A stretch of 64,000 nt of DNA, taken from positions 4,554,431 to 4,618,430 of the forward strand of contig OZ244804.1 of NCBI GenBank assembly GCA_965220065.1, written 5' to 3'. Position numbers and translations under genes: made by a program. Shown piece after piece: positions 28,869-38,539 of the stretch; position 1 is the stretch's first letter, and each line of letters begins with the position of its first letter. A model generated the notes under the pieces. That model worked only from the letters and a program-made list of their open reading frames with translations, ran no database searches and had not been told where the DNA came from. The stretch is from Candidatus Poribacteria bacterium (lineage in GTDB: Bacteria; Poribacteria; WGA-4E; WGA-3G).

Positions 28869-29669
28869 ATGCACGTTGGACTTATGGGAGGAACGATTCG
28901 GCGGGAAACGCTCAATGAAACGCTGGACGCTATTGTGGAACACGATGTCCACCATTTACAATATCATGTGCCTGCAGGACTGTCACTTGCGGAGGTTCGC
29001 AAGGGGATGGACGACCGACAGATCACAATCTCAGCACTTGGAGGCACCTACAACATGATTGATCCCGATGTTGAGAAACGGCATGCCGGATTGCAGATGT
29101 TGCGTTCTGTTGCGGAGCAGTGTGCGCCGATGGGTACATCCGTGATTACCATCTGTACCGGCTCGCGTAACCCGGACAGTATGTGGCGCGCACATCCTGA
29201 TAACAATACACCAGAGGCGTGGCGCGATCTCATTGAATCTACGAAGCAGGCACTGGAGGTTGCCGAGGAATACGAGGTGACACTCGCATTTGAACCTGAA
29301 GTCGCGAACGTGGTCGATTCTGCACAGAAGGCGCGTCGTTTTCTCGATGAGATGCAATCGCCGTATCTGAAAGTTTGTATGGACGGCGCGAATATCTTCC
29401 ACAAGGGTGAACTCCCGAAGATGCGTGAGATCCTTGATGAGGCGTTCGCATTGCTTAAGGACGATATTGCATTGGCGCACGCGAAGGACCTGGATCGCGA
29501 TGGAGAGGCGGGCCATCTCGCTGCTGGAACGGGATTGCTGGACTACGATCAGTATCTGGGTCTGTTAAAGGAGAGCGGTTATGACGGCGCGGTCGTATTG
29601 CACGGGCTGTCGGAAGAACAGGTGCCTTTCTGTACGGGATTTTTGCGAGAGAAGATCGCTGCACTGTAG
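28869..29669 (+). CDS. Sugar phosphate isomerase/epimerase (xylose-isomerase-like TIM barrel).
   Basis: MHVGLMGGTIRRETLNETLDAIVEHDV...VTLAFEPEV...HAKD is the typical metal-binding layout of this family. RBS aggagaaacttATG. The ORF-track start at 28794 lacks an RBS. Confidence 0.7.
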   Translation: MHVGLMGGTIRRETLNETLDAIVEHDVHHLQYHVPAGLSLAEVRKGMDDRQITISALGGTYNMIDPDVEKRHAGLQMLRSVAEQCAPMGTSVITICTGSRNPDSMWRAHPDNNTPEAWRDLIESTKQALEVAEEYEVTLAFEPEVANVVDSAQKARRFLDEMQSPYLKVCMDGANIFHKGELPKMREILDEAFALLKDDIALAHAKDLDRDGEAGHLAAGTGLLDYDQYLGLLKESGYDGAVVLHGLSEEQVPFCTGFLREKIAAL

Positions 29670-29699
29670 AAGTTATCAGATTTTTAACTGTTATCTAAA

Positions 29700-31248
29700 A
29701 CTTCGGTTCTAAAACCTCGCTCTTTAGAGCGGGGATACAGAACCGCCCTCTTGGAAAGGACTCAACCGTTGTTTGAAAAAGATATTTTTCCCTTGACAAA
29801 ACAGGATAAAAACTGCTATAATTAAGCGTATCAGGTTGGCAGACATGCTTAGCGTTACCGTTTGGTAACGTGTCTGCCTCCCACTAAGCAGGGGATAAAG
29901 CCTGATACCTGAGAGTCCATGCGAAACACGACCCATAAACTTTTTCACGATAAACAGTTGCGCCACTTGCACAACGACTTGAATATCATAGGCGTTGTTA
30001 GGAATCATTTCAATGCGCTTGCGCGCCGGTATTACCGCCGCTATGGTAAAGGTCTTTCGTATGCCAAAATGTCGAAACACCTGACGAAACTCAAGAAACT
30101 TGAGAAATACGCGTATTGGAATATCCCGTACTCGTGGGCATTGCAAAACATGCTCAAACGTTTGGCACAATCCTTTAGAGAAATGCGAACCCTTGGACGT
30201 GGACACCCGCAATTCAAGTCGTGTAAGAAACACAAGGGAATGACGTTTGACGGCACCCAAGCACCGCTTGAAAAAGTTTTGGAGAAACAAAAACAGAAAA
30301 GAAATCATCCGACGTATCGTATCCGCTTGAATGAGCGTTGGTATCGTTTCGCATTGCATCGTGAGATACAAGGCGAAATCACGCGCGTTCAAGTTACCAG
30401 AGACGCACTTGGAGATATGTATATCACCCTTACTGAAGATTACTCGGAAATCAAATATGAACCCAAGACAGGTAAAGCTGAAGGGTTCGATTTCGGTATC
30501 ACAGAAGATTTCCTGATAGGCAGTAACGGGAAAACCTACCCGTCTCTGATGTTTTACAAACTCAATGCCAAGCGGTTGGCAGCAGCACAAAAGGTGTATT
30601 CTCGGAAGGTCAAAGGGTCTAACAATCAGGAACGCGAACGCAAGAATGTTGCCCGTATCCACAAAAAGACGGCAAATCAACGAACCGACCACCATTGGAA
30701 ACTGGCGATAGACCTCTGCCGTGACTTTGATATTCTATTCTTTGAAGACCTGAATCTTGAAGGTATGAAACGGTTGTGGGGAAAACAGGTCTCTGATCTG
30801 GGATTTGGTGAGTTCCTGCGAAAACTCAAACACCAGTCTCAGAAGCGTATCCGTTGTGTGCTGAAGATTGGGCGGTGGACTCCCACGACAAAGTGCTGCT
30901 CTGTTTGTGACTATAAAAATGAAAATCTGACGTTAGCAGATAGAGACTGGACGTGTCCTGAATGTCATACCCATCTGGACCGCGACCATAACGCTGCTAT
31001 GAATATTCTTAAGGAAGGGATAGCTTCCTTTGGGTTAGGAGAAGTAAATCCTATTGTTCTGTTCAACAAAATCGTAGGTATCTCTGTCGCATCGTCCTAT
31101 CCGTTGCTGAATTCCACAAACGCTTCTGCGTAACGTATTGCAGAAGCCTCCTGCTTTAGCAGGAGGTCTATCACAACTCCAGTTAAGAATTAACCAGAAA
31201 CCACCGCGAAACATAGTGGAGCGGTGACCAGATTTAATCGTTTAAAAA
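29700..31248 (+). mobile_element. IS200/IS605-family element carrying only tnpB (IS1341-like, no tnpA), with structured left and right ends. The boundaries are approximate.
   Basis: Nested hairpins at 29820..29920 (ggcagaca...tgtctgcc enclosing gttaccg/tttggtaac; tatcaggt...acctgata). Two hairpins after the tnpB stop (cctcctgc-tttag-caggagg at approx 31153..31175 and caccgc-N14-gcggtg at approx 31203..31228), consistent with a right end / omega-RNA scaffold. The element abuts the stop of the convergent gene at 31249. Confidence 0.6.
29919..31133 (+). CDS. tnpB: TnpB (IS605 OrfB family RNA-guided endonuclease, Cas12 ancestor) with an intact RuvC triad and C-terminal zinc finger.
   Basis: RuvC-I GFDFGI (D). 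RuvC-II LFFEDLNLEG (E). RuvC-III DRDHNAAMNI (D). Zn finger CSVCDYK...CPECH. N-terminal YNHF/LSYAKMSKHLTKLKK region typical of the TnpB WED/REC portion. Antisense ORF 29724..30695 rejected as a shadow. Confidence 0.85.
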   Translation: MRNTTHKLFHDKQLRHLHNDLNIIGVVRNHFNALARRYYRRYGKGLSYAKMSKHLTKLKKLEKYAYWNIPYSWALQNMLKRLAQSFREMRTLGRGHPQFKSCKKHKGMTFDGTQAPLEKVLEKQKQKRNHPTYRIRLNERWYRFALHREIQGEITRVQVTRDALGDMYITLTEDYSEIKYEPKTGKAEGFDFGITEDFLIGSNGKTYPSLMFYKLNAKRLAAAQKVYSRKVKGSNNQERERKNVARIHKKTANQRTDHHWKLAIDLCRDFDILFFEDLNLEGMKRLWGKQVSDLGFGEFLRKLKHQSQKRIRCVLKIGRWTPTTKCCSVCDYKNENLTLADRDWTCPECHTHLDRDHNAAMNILKEGIASFGLGEVNPIVLFNKIVGISVASSYPLLNSTNASA

Positions 31249-32889
31249 TTAGATTTTCCCTGACATCCGTTCCGCCAATCGAGCGAGCGCCGGTGAAGTA
31301 TCCAATTTTTCAAGTTCCGCTTCAATCAGGGTAAAGTGTTGCGTCTCGGCGAGTGCGGCTTTAATGGCTTCGTCAAATTCACCTTCGGTTCGGACATAGT
31401 AGCCGCGTCCTGTCCCAAAGAGTGTTGGCATACAACTGTAGTTCCAACTTCCTATGTCGTTAAAGGAGCCATCGAGGAGGTGCCGTTCGGTGCCGTACCC
31501 GTGGTTATTGAGTACCAGAACAATTGGATTGAGTCCGTAACGAACGGTCGTTGAGAGTTCGGTGCCTGTCATTTGGAAGGCACCATCCCCGACGATAACG
31601 AGACACCGAGTGTCCGGCATACTCATTTGCGCCCCAACGGACGCTGGCACTGCAAACCCCATTGTGGTGTAGTAGGCAGGACTGATAAAGTTGGTATGTT
31701 GATGGATGCGCAACTCCGCCGCCCCGAAGAGGCTGTCGCCGACATCAGCGATAACTGTCAGTTCGTCGTTTATGAATTCGTTGAGGTGTTGGAACAATCG
31801 GGAAGTTGTTAAAGGTTTATCGGGTTCGACTTTGAACGGGTCCTTATCTGGAGATGCCCATCCCAAATTCGGCTTCCGCCGTCTTCGGAGTTTCGACGAA
31901 TTGAGACCGTCAATGAAATCGTCAAACATCACCTCTTCGTAGTTGTGGTAGCGGACTGTAATTTTTTCTGAGGTGGCGTAGATTGAGCGTGCTCGGTCGA
32001 GGTTTGCGGTATAAATCCCAAGGTTCACATCCGTCATAAATGCGCCGAGGATGATGACGCAATCCGACTCTTCAACGAATTGTCGGACCTCCTGTCTCCC
32101 CATTGCCCCCTCGTATATCCCCAAGTAAAGCGGATGGGATTCTGGCACCACTGACTTTCCAAGGAGTGTTGCCACCACTGGAATCCGTTTTTCTTCTATG
32201 AGTGTGAGTAATTTGTTCTGATAACCGAATCTGTGGAGTTCTACGCCCGCGAGAATGACAGGTCTTTTACTGTGGTTGATGAAATCAATGGCTTCTTCAA
32301 CAGCGACGTCCAATGTTTCTGGATCGCTGAGATGTCCGCCCGTTGTGGGACGTTGGTAAAGTGTGCCGCGGGCATCGACCATGTCACGTGGGAGTTCAAT
32401 GTATCCCGGACGTTTGTAGCGGTAGACGGCATCGAGTACCCGATCGATTTCATTGAAGGCAGTGAAAGGTTCGTCAAGTAGTGCCGTTGCGACGGTGATC
32501 TCGTCGTAAATCCGTTGTTGGGTATGGAAATCTCTGACTTTATGGTGAAGGAGTGCATCTTTTCCGTGTTCTCTGATACCGGGGGCACCACTGATAACAA
32601 CAACGGGGGATTTCTCGGCGTAGGCACCTGCGACAGCGTTCACCATTGATAACCCACCGACGCAATAGGTGACACACGCGGCACCCATGCCTTTTATCCG
32701 AGCGTAGGCATCCGCGGCGTAGCCTGCTGCGTCCTCACGGGTCATACCGATATGCTGAATTGAACTCTGCTCGATAAGGTCATAGAACCGCAGAACGTAA
32801 TCGCCGGGAACGCCGAAGATGTGTTCAATGTTATAGCCTTCCAGTTTTCTGAGTAGGTATTCGCCGATTGTTGGAGGTCTGTTGTGCAT
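31249..32889 (-). CDS. Thiamine-pyrophosphate-dependent alpha-keto acid decarboxylase (indolepyruvate/pyruvate decarboxylase family).
   Basis: TPP-binding motif GDGAFQMTGTELSTTVRYGLNPIVLVLNNHGY. N-terminal pyrimidine-binding domain GVPGDYVL. 546 aa, typical of IPDC/PDC. Confidence 0.75.
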   Translation of the reverse strand: MHNRPPTIGEYLLRKLEGYNIEHIFGVPGDYVLRFYDLIEQSSIQHIGMTREDAAGYAADAYARIKGMGAACVTYCVGGLSMVNAVAGAYAEKSPVVVISGAPGIREHGKDALLHHKVRDFHTQQRIYDEITVATALLDEPFTAFNEIDRVLDAVYRYKRPGYIELPRDMVDARGTLYQRPTTGGHLSDPETLDVAVEEAIDFINHSKRPVILAGVELHRFGYQNKLLTLIEEKRIPVVATLLGKSVVPESHPLYLGIYEGAMGRQEVRQFVEESDCVIILGAFMTDVNLGIYTANLDRARSIYATSEKITVRYHNYEEVMFDDFIDGLNSSKLRRRRKPNLGWASPDKDPFKVEPDKPLTTSRLFQHLNEFINDELTVIADVGDSLFGAAELRIHQHTNFISPAYYTTMGFAVPASVGAQMSMPDTRCLVIVGDGAFQMTGTELSTTVRYGLNPIVLVLNNHGYGTERHLLDGSFNDIGSWNYSCMPTLFGTGRGYYVRTEGEFDEAIKAALAETQHFTLIEAELEKLDTSPALARLAERMSGKI

Positions 32890-32916
32890 GGTGTCACCTC
32901 GTTGTGTGTTGATCTG

Positions 32917-33582
32917 CTAGAAGTTCTGGGTGGCAACAATGGCAGCATCTGGAACTTTCCGGATGTTTACCGTAACTTTCTCGCGTCTTGGGCTACCATC
33001 AGCATTTCTAAAACCTTTCTGGAATGAACCACCACATTGTCCTAGCGTTTCAGTATCAAAACAGACAAAGTGGATTTCCGATAAGATAAACTCTGTTTTA
33101 CGCCTTCTTGACATGGCCCCTCTGTTTATCCGGTTTACTTCATATTTGCTTATTCCCTCTTTCAGTTCATCATGCCACCTTTTAAAGGTTCTTTCTTCAT
33201 CGTTGTATTCTACTTCACCGATCGCGAGAATCACTCCGTAGTGACCATAATCGCTTATTGTATTTGCTATCGCTTCAGCATCATTTGTAATAACTGTATG
33301 GTTTGTTGTATTTGCCGCATGTGCCTTAAAGTCCCACGAAATTTCACGAAACGCGTCGAATTCTGTGTTGCGATATTTCTTCCCGGGCATATCAATTATG
33401 TCATCAAAATGAGTTTCGCATAAAAATTCAAAGTAGAAACCCATCCATTCCATCTGCCGCCACTGTGTTGAACCGCCCTCTTTCATTTCAAGGATGGAAC
33501 TTCTGCCATCCCAAACTTTCGGCATGTTTCGAGAGGCGGTTTGCAGTTTTTCAACTGTGTCAACTATCTTTTGATTTATCAT
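32917..33582 (-). CDS. Candidate type II restriction endonuclease partner of the adjacent methyltransferase. No recognisable catalytic motif.
   Basis: 221-aa ORF lying 7 bp downstream of the MTase on the same strand in an AT-rich block. Assignment rests on gene-neighbourhood logic only. Confidence 0.4.
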   Translation of the reverse strand: MINQKIVDTVEKLQTASRNMPKVWDGRSSILEMKEGGSTQWRQMEWMGFYFEFLCETHFDDIIDMPGKKYRNTEFDAFREISWDFKAHAANTTNHTVITNDAEAIANTISDYGHYGVILAIGEVEYNDEERTFKRWHDELKEGISKYEVNRINRGAMSRRRKTEFILSEIHFVCFDTETLGQCGGSFQKGFRNADGSPRREKVTVNIRKVPDAAIVATQNF

Positions 33583-33589
33583 AGTAAAA

Positions 33590-34405
33590 TTATGTTTCCT
33601 TACTGAATAAGTCCCATACAGGTTCTTCTTCCGTTTTCTGAATTAAGTATTTCCCTGACTCAATCCGGTCAAGTGCGAATTCATAATACGCTGGGACAAT
33701 CTCAAAGCCTATGTAATGTCGTTCCTTCATTTTGCTGACAACAGCAACCTGTCCAGAACCTAAAAATGGATCCAAAACAACATCACCTTTTTGACTAGAA
33801 TAGTCAAGAATTTTCTCAATCAGTTCAGCAGGTAATTTCGTTGGTGTTTTGACTGCTCCTTGCCAATACTCCCTTTTGATTTCCCAGACATCTTCCTTGT
33901 CTTTGTAGTGGGCAGACCCACCGCTTTCAGTTTTCGCATCCTTGCTAAATCGGCGATAAGGATAAAATTTTCGTTTTTTGTCATTTTTACACAAGAAAAG
34001 ACAGTGGTAGTGAGACGTTACGTACTTACGCTTGGTGACAACACCAAACTGATATTTCCAAATAAGGTGATTAACTGTAATGAGTTGACATTGATCGATT
34101 GCTATCAGAAGGTCTTTTAGATAGTTCCATCCTGAAAAGATGTACATACTACCAGAGTCTTTTAGCACTTTTGTTGCTGCTGAAAGCCAGTCAAGCGTAA
34201 AGGCAAGATAGTCGCTGCCTGCGATTTCATTGTAACCTTCAAGAACTCGACTCTCTGTTCGGTTGTAGTTGTGACGAGTCGCTTTGAAGTCAATGGCAAA
34301 AGGCGGATCTGTTATAACAAGGTCAACACATTCATCCGGCATTTCGGACATCAACTTAATACAGTCCCCTTGTTTGATGATATCAATGTATTCAGGATGT
34401 TTCAT
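33590..34405 (-). CDS. DNA methyltransferase, beta-class amino-MTase (probably N6-adenine), type II R-M system.
   Basis: Motif IV VITDPPF precedes motif I VLDPFLGSGQ (beta permutation). N-terminus MKHPEYIDIIKQGDCIKLMSEMPDECVDLV is the classic small-MTase start (DpnA/HinfI-like architecture). Visibly lower GC than its flanks. Confidence 0.85.
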   Translation of the reverse strand: MKHPEYIDIIKQGDCIKLMSEMPDECVDLVITDPPFAIDFKATRHNYNRTESRVLEGYNEIAGSDYLAFTLDWLSAATKVLKDSGSMYIFSGWNYLKDLLIAIDQCQLITVNHLIWKYQFGVVTKRKYVTSHYHCLFLCKNDKKRKFYPYRRFSKDAKTESGGSAHYKDKEDVWEIKREYWQGAVKTPTKLPAELIEKILDYSSQKGDVVLDPFLGSGQVAVVSKMKERHYIGFEIVPAYYEFALDRIESGKYLIQKTEEEPVWDLFSKET

Positions 34406-34540
34406 TCTCTTACCTTTTCTGAATTACGCACGTTGCAATTGATTTTCTGAACTTTCAGTTTCTATTCTCAAGTCACGTGCCGAGAGCACCTAATATTATA
34501 TCAAAGGATGTTGCCGCGCGTTCCAAAAATCATATCCAAG

Positions 34541-35506
34541 TTACGTTGCCATTAGGATTTCAAGGAATGCTGTCATGTACCCGATAGCGTACGCTCGACC
34601 GCGGTGTCCCCAATCTGTGTCATCAACAACGTGTGGCACATGATCAGTAATCATGAAGCCTGTAAAACCGACCTCTTTCAGCGTGCGCATTACCTCAAAC
34701 ATATCACAGTTGCCGTTGTTAACAAAGGATTCAGCGAATTTTGGGACATGCCCTTGGACATCTCGGAAATGGACGTAGAAAATCTTGTCGCGTTCTCCGA
34801 AATAACGGATCGCATCTGTGACCCCGGGTCCCATTTCGGACCAAGAACCGACACAGAAATCGAGTCCATGTATTGGACTGTCGGCGATTTCCATCCCGCG
34901 TTTGAAGCCTTCAAAGTTACGGAACAGACGTGGCACACCCGCAAGGGATTCCACAGGCGGATCGTCTGGATGAAGCGCGAGTTTAACGCCTGACTCTTCG
35001 GCAACGGGCAAAATGGCGTTCATGTAATATTCGTAATTTTCCCATATTTCGTCTTCAGTGAAAACACGACCATGCGTTAAGGGGGCGTCCTTGACCTGTT
35101 CCATATCGAAACTGGTAACAGCCGCACCGCCTCTACCGAGCGTGGTTCGGGAGGTCCGCCAGACTTCGTTGGGCATCCAGTGGTACCCGAATATTTCCAC
35201 ACCAGCCTTGCCGAGGTTGCGAATCGTTGTTGCCATGTTCTCGATTTGTTCGTCGCGTCCGGGCAGACCGAGCATCGCTTTGTCATAAAATGAGACAGGC
35301 ACGTTCTCAAGTGCCGCTAACCGTAACCCCGCATTTTCTATCTCTGTCCGGAGATGAAGGATGTCCATAAATTCCCAGCGTTCTGTGCCGGGGAGTTGTG
35401 GTGTGTTGAGCAGCACATCTTCAACCCCAAGTTGCTTGATGAATTTCAGCCGTTCTTCACTGAGTTCACTGAATTGACCTAAACCGAGACGCATTTTCTG
35501 TGCCAT
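34541..35506 (-). CDS. uxuA: D-mannonate dehydratase (UxuA family).
   Basis: VAEESGVKLALHPDDPPVESLAGVPRL...CVGSW...IFYVHFRDV...DHVPH closely matches E. coli UxuA motifs (VAEEVGVRMAVHPDDPP...CTGSYG...IYFTHLR...DHGH). Confidence 0.8.
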   Translation of the reverse strand: MAQKMRLGLGQFSELSEERLKFIKQLGVEDVLLNTPQLPGTERWEFMDILHLRTEIENAGLRLAALENVPVSFYDKAMLGLPGRDEQIENMATTIRNLGKAGVEIFGYHWMPNEVWRTSRTTLGRGGAAVTSFDMEQVKDAPLTHGRVFTEDEIWENYEYYMNAILPVAEESGVKLALHPDDPPVESLAGVPRLFRNFEGFKRGMEIADSPIHGLDFCVGSWSEMGPGVTDAIRYFGERDKIFYVHFRDVQGHVPKFAESFVNNGNCDMFEVMRTLKEVGFTGFMITDHVPHVVDDTDWGHRGRAYAIGYMTAFLEILMAT

Positions 35507-35594
35507 CGTTTTCTCCTATAGACATGTCAAGCCGAAGAAAGTGCTTTTTAAGGAAGACTTTTTAAGGAAGAATTGATTGATAAACCTATGCGGG

Positions 35595-36044
35595 TTAAAA
35601 ATTTTTGTCGCTATCCAGTAAGATGGTGACGGGACCGTCGTTAATGAGTTGGACATCCATCATCGCTTGAAAGGTGCCGCCTTGTGTTGGGACGTTTAGT
35701 TTCTCTAAAGCGGTGATGAACTGTTCATATAGCGCATTCGCGGCTTCGGGACGAGCGGCGTCGATAAAACTGGGGCGTCGTCCTTTACGGCAATCCCCGT
35801 AAAGCGTGAATTGCGAGACAACGAGTGCCGCCCCTCCTGTTTCAAGAAGCGAACAATTCATTTTACCCTCTGCGTCCTCAAAGATACGCAGATTCGCGAC
35901 CTTATTGGCGATATATTCTAATTCTGTTGTCGTATCATCATGGGCAACGCCGAGGAAAACGAGCACGCCTGCCCCGATTTCAGAAACCAGTTCGCCGCCT
36001 ACCTTAACACTCGCGGATTTGACGCGTTGAACAACTGCTCGCAT
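35595..36044 (-). CDS. dtd: D-aminoacyl-tRNA deacylase.
   Basis: [33 protein letters not shown]...[15 protein letters not shown]...NDGPVT is collinear with Dtd. 149 aa. Confidence 0.9.
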   Translation of the reverse strand: MRAVVQRVKSASVKVGGELVSEIGAGVLVFLGVAHDDTTTELEYIANKVANLRIFEDAEGKMNCSLLETGGAALVVSQFTLYGDCRKGRRPSFIDAARPEAANALYEQFITALEKLNVPTQGGTFQAMMDVQLINDGPVTILLDSDKNF

Positions 36045-36256
36045 TTTTTTAATTTTTCCTTGCGGGTAAGTAACGGGGTTTAAGACCTTGACGTTTTCTG
36101 TGTTCGAGCCGTCCTCCTATCGCAAGCCTATATAGGCTTGCGGGACAATGTTACGGACGACTGATTAGTTCATATTGGACGGGGAGGCACTCTGATTGTG
36201 GGATACTGCTTGCATCTTTATTAATTTTCCCTCGATAATTCTTTCAATTTCTATCG

Positions 36257-37294
36257 CTAAAAGAGCAAATTTTCACCGTCAAATGTCTGTATATCCTCAC
36301 CGCCGAATGTTAGGTTAAACTGGAATCCTGGCTGGCTGTTAAATCCGAGTTGGAACGCAAGCGTATTCGATATTTCATAGCGGAATCCCATCCCGATGAG
36401 GTTCGTTACGTGTATACCGGCATACGGGAGTTCACGCGAAAAGTCGGCTATCAACCACATGCTATCTGAAACGGCGATCTCACCGCCGACTTGCCAATTG
36501 AGTGTAAAAAAGTCGGTCGTTTTGAGTGCCTTTGATGTCAAGAAGACGCCGACACCGGCGTGAAGTTTAAAGAGACTCCCGAATCTTTGTGTGCCAACGA
36601 GATAGGTGTTGATTCCGACAAACGGAAATCCATCGGCAGGGCTATGGTCGAGGAATTCGTTGTCTGAATTGAGACGGTCATCAGCAGTGAACCCGAATTG
36701 CGCGTCGCCACCCACAGAAATACTCGGTAAATTATCGTTTCGGTCGGGTTTGATGTTATATTTCAGTCCAATGCTACCGTCGAAGAGCGGTTGATCGTAG
36801 ACGCGACGATTGATGTTTGGATCGTCAGCCGTCTCAGTAGCAGTGTTGTAGAAATCGTGGACGACTTTCCGGACGCCACCTGTCGAGAATGTACCGCCGA
36901 GCACGAGATCGAGTTCGTCGCTTAAACCGTAAGCGAATTTGACAGGGATAAGGAAGGTCTCGATCTCCAGGCTTACGATGTGGGATTCCTCAAATCCGCC
37001 AATATCGACCCTCTGACTGAAATCCGGTAGCAAATCTACTTTGGAGTATTGAAAGAGTCCAAACGTCGTACTGGTGCCTCCCTTACCCATTGGTTCAGCG
37101 GTTTGGATGGTGCTGAGATGTGAAATGGGAGGGAGTTGTGCCCACAGGGGTGTTGTTATGCCTGTGAGAAGCAGTAAAGTACAAATAATATAAATAAAGG
37201 TTTGTGTGTTGTGTTGTCTCTTTTTCGGGGCATAACGGGTAAGCCCGAAATTTGCTTTGGAAAAGTTAGCGTGCATGGATTTATCCTTTAGCAT
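36257..37294 (-). CDS. Hypothetical outer-membrane beta-barrel protein.
   Basis: Signal-like segment TFIYIICTLLLLTGITTPLWAQ. Alternating amphipathic strands. C-terminal aromatic residue (…GENLLF). The start may be MHANFSK at 37276. Confidence 0.5.
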   Translation of the reverse strand: MLKDKSMHANFSKANFGLTRYAPKKRQHNTQTFIYIICTLLLLTGITTPLWAQLPPISHLSTIQTAEPMGKGGTSTTFGLFQYSKVDLLPDFSQRVDIGGFEESHIVSLEIETFLIPVKFAYGLSDELDLVLGGTFSTGGVRKVVHDFYNTATETADDPNINRRVYDQPLFDGSIGLKYNIKPDRNDNLPSISVGGDAQFGFTADDRLNSDNEFLDHSPADGFPFVGINTYLVGTQRFGSLFKLHAGVGVFLTSKALKTTDFFTLNWQVGGEIAVSDSMWLIADFSRELPYAGIHVTNLIGMGFRYEISNTLAFQLGFNSQPGFQFNLTFGGEDIQTFDGENLLF

Positions 37295-37332
37295 TGTGTT
37301 GTCATTCGAGATTCTTTGCGAGAGTCTTGTAG

Positions 37333-38481
37333 TTATCGCGATTTCGCCTCCACAAGCGCGCTTTCGTCGCGTCGTCCGTCAGGTCCGGGTGTATCGTCAT
37401 AGGCGGTGATGTAGTACTTCTTGAATTCTAATGATTGACCGACAAGAATGGGGTCTTCACCGGGGATAGTGAAAGTGCGCTCCTTGGGTCCGACTGCTGG
37501 GCGCGGGAGGAGTTTTCCAGCGGCGTCTCTGGTGTAGAGTTGATACCCAGCGAGATCGGGTTCGGTGTTCGGTGTCCATGAGATAACCGCATCGTATTTT
37601 GTATTAAAAAGGGAACGTGGTAAGTAACGGACCCGAACGTCTTTTGGAGGCGCAGGCGGCACATTTGGCACTGCGGCAGTAATCGTTGTGATTGCTTCTG
37701 CGCCGAATTCATCAACACCCGCAACGCGGTAAACCTTTCGGGTGCCATCGACTTGGAAATCGTGGTCGAAATAGTAGAGTCGATCTCGCTTCGGTTCGGC
37801 AATTAACTCGAAACGTAACGGTTTGTCATCTTGGGTGTCGAGTGCGGCATAAACGCGGAAGATAGAAAAGTCGTCAGGGAATTCATAGCCGTCCCAAAAG
37901 AGTTTGATGGTGAGGTCGGTCGGGTCACCGAGTGTTACATTCGGCGCCGGAGGTGGCACACTTGGGGTCGCCAAAGCAGTTTTCCAGATGCGGCGTGGGT
38001 CTTCATTCTCAGCAGGAGGATTGGCTGGGTCCGGCGTTTCAACACCGTTGGCGTCAACATAACTGATGCGGTATTCGTAGGCGAGGAGCCGTCCAGACGT
38101 ATCAAGTCGATCGTTTTCAAGATTTTGGGTGTCAATAAATTCGTTTGCGGGTGCATCGACAGATCCGACTTGCTGGAATTCTGCGTCTGCCCCACCTGTG
38201 GAACGTCTGTAGATGCGATATGCTTTGATGCCTTCCTGTCCTGTGTCGTCCCACGTGACCCGGACCTGCTTATCGCCTGCGAAAAGTATGAGACCATCAG
38301 GCGCACCAGATGTCCGTAAGTTCTCAGGGTCAAGTGGATTCGCAAAGTCTTCGCTACTTGTGCAAGCATTAAAGAAAACCAGTGCAGACAACATGGAAAA
38401 GCTCAGTAGAAAAATAATCTTACTGGTGGATCGTCTGCTGAAAAAGTCTGAACTATGATTTTTATGATTCATGTGATTCAC
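37333..38481 (-). CDS. Hypothetical lipoprotein with fibronectin-III-like repeats.
   Basis: Lipobox LSALVFFNAC. Repeated units containing W..P...DLAGY/IKAYRIYRR patterns typical of FN3-like modules. Confidence 0.5.
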   Translation of the reverse strand: MNHMNHKNHSSDFFSRRSTSKIIFLLSFSMLSALVFFNACTSSEDFANPLDPENLRTSGAPDGLILFAGDKQVRVTWDDTGQEGIKAYRIYRRSTGGADAEFQQVGSVDAPANEFIDTQNLENDRLDTSGRLLAYEYRISYVDANGVETPDPANPPAENEDPRRIWKTALATPSVPPPAPNVTLGDPTDLTIKLFWDGYEFPDDFSIFRVYAALDTQDDKPLRFELIAEPKRDRLYYFDHDFQVDGTRKVYRVAGVDEFGAEAITTITAAVPNVPPAPPKDVRVRYLPRSLFNTKYDAVISWTPNTEPDLAGYQLYTRDAAGKLLPRPAVGPKERTFTIPGEDPILVGQSLEFKKYYITAYDDTPGPDGRRDESALVEAKSR

Positions 38482-38539
38482 CCCTACGGGTTTGAAGAAT
38501 ACCTCTTTACTGATGGTTTCCGATGGAAACTAACGGCTA

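Noticed and set aside
29724-30695. 323-aa minus-strand ORF.
   Set aside because: It is antisense to tnpB with no motif, a shadow ORF.
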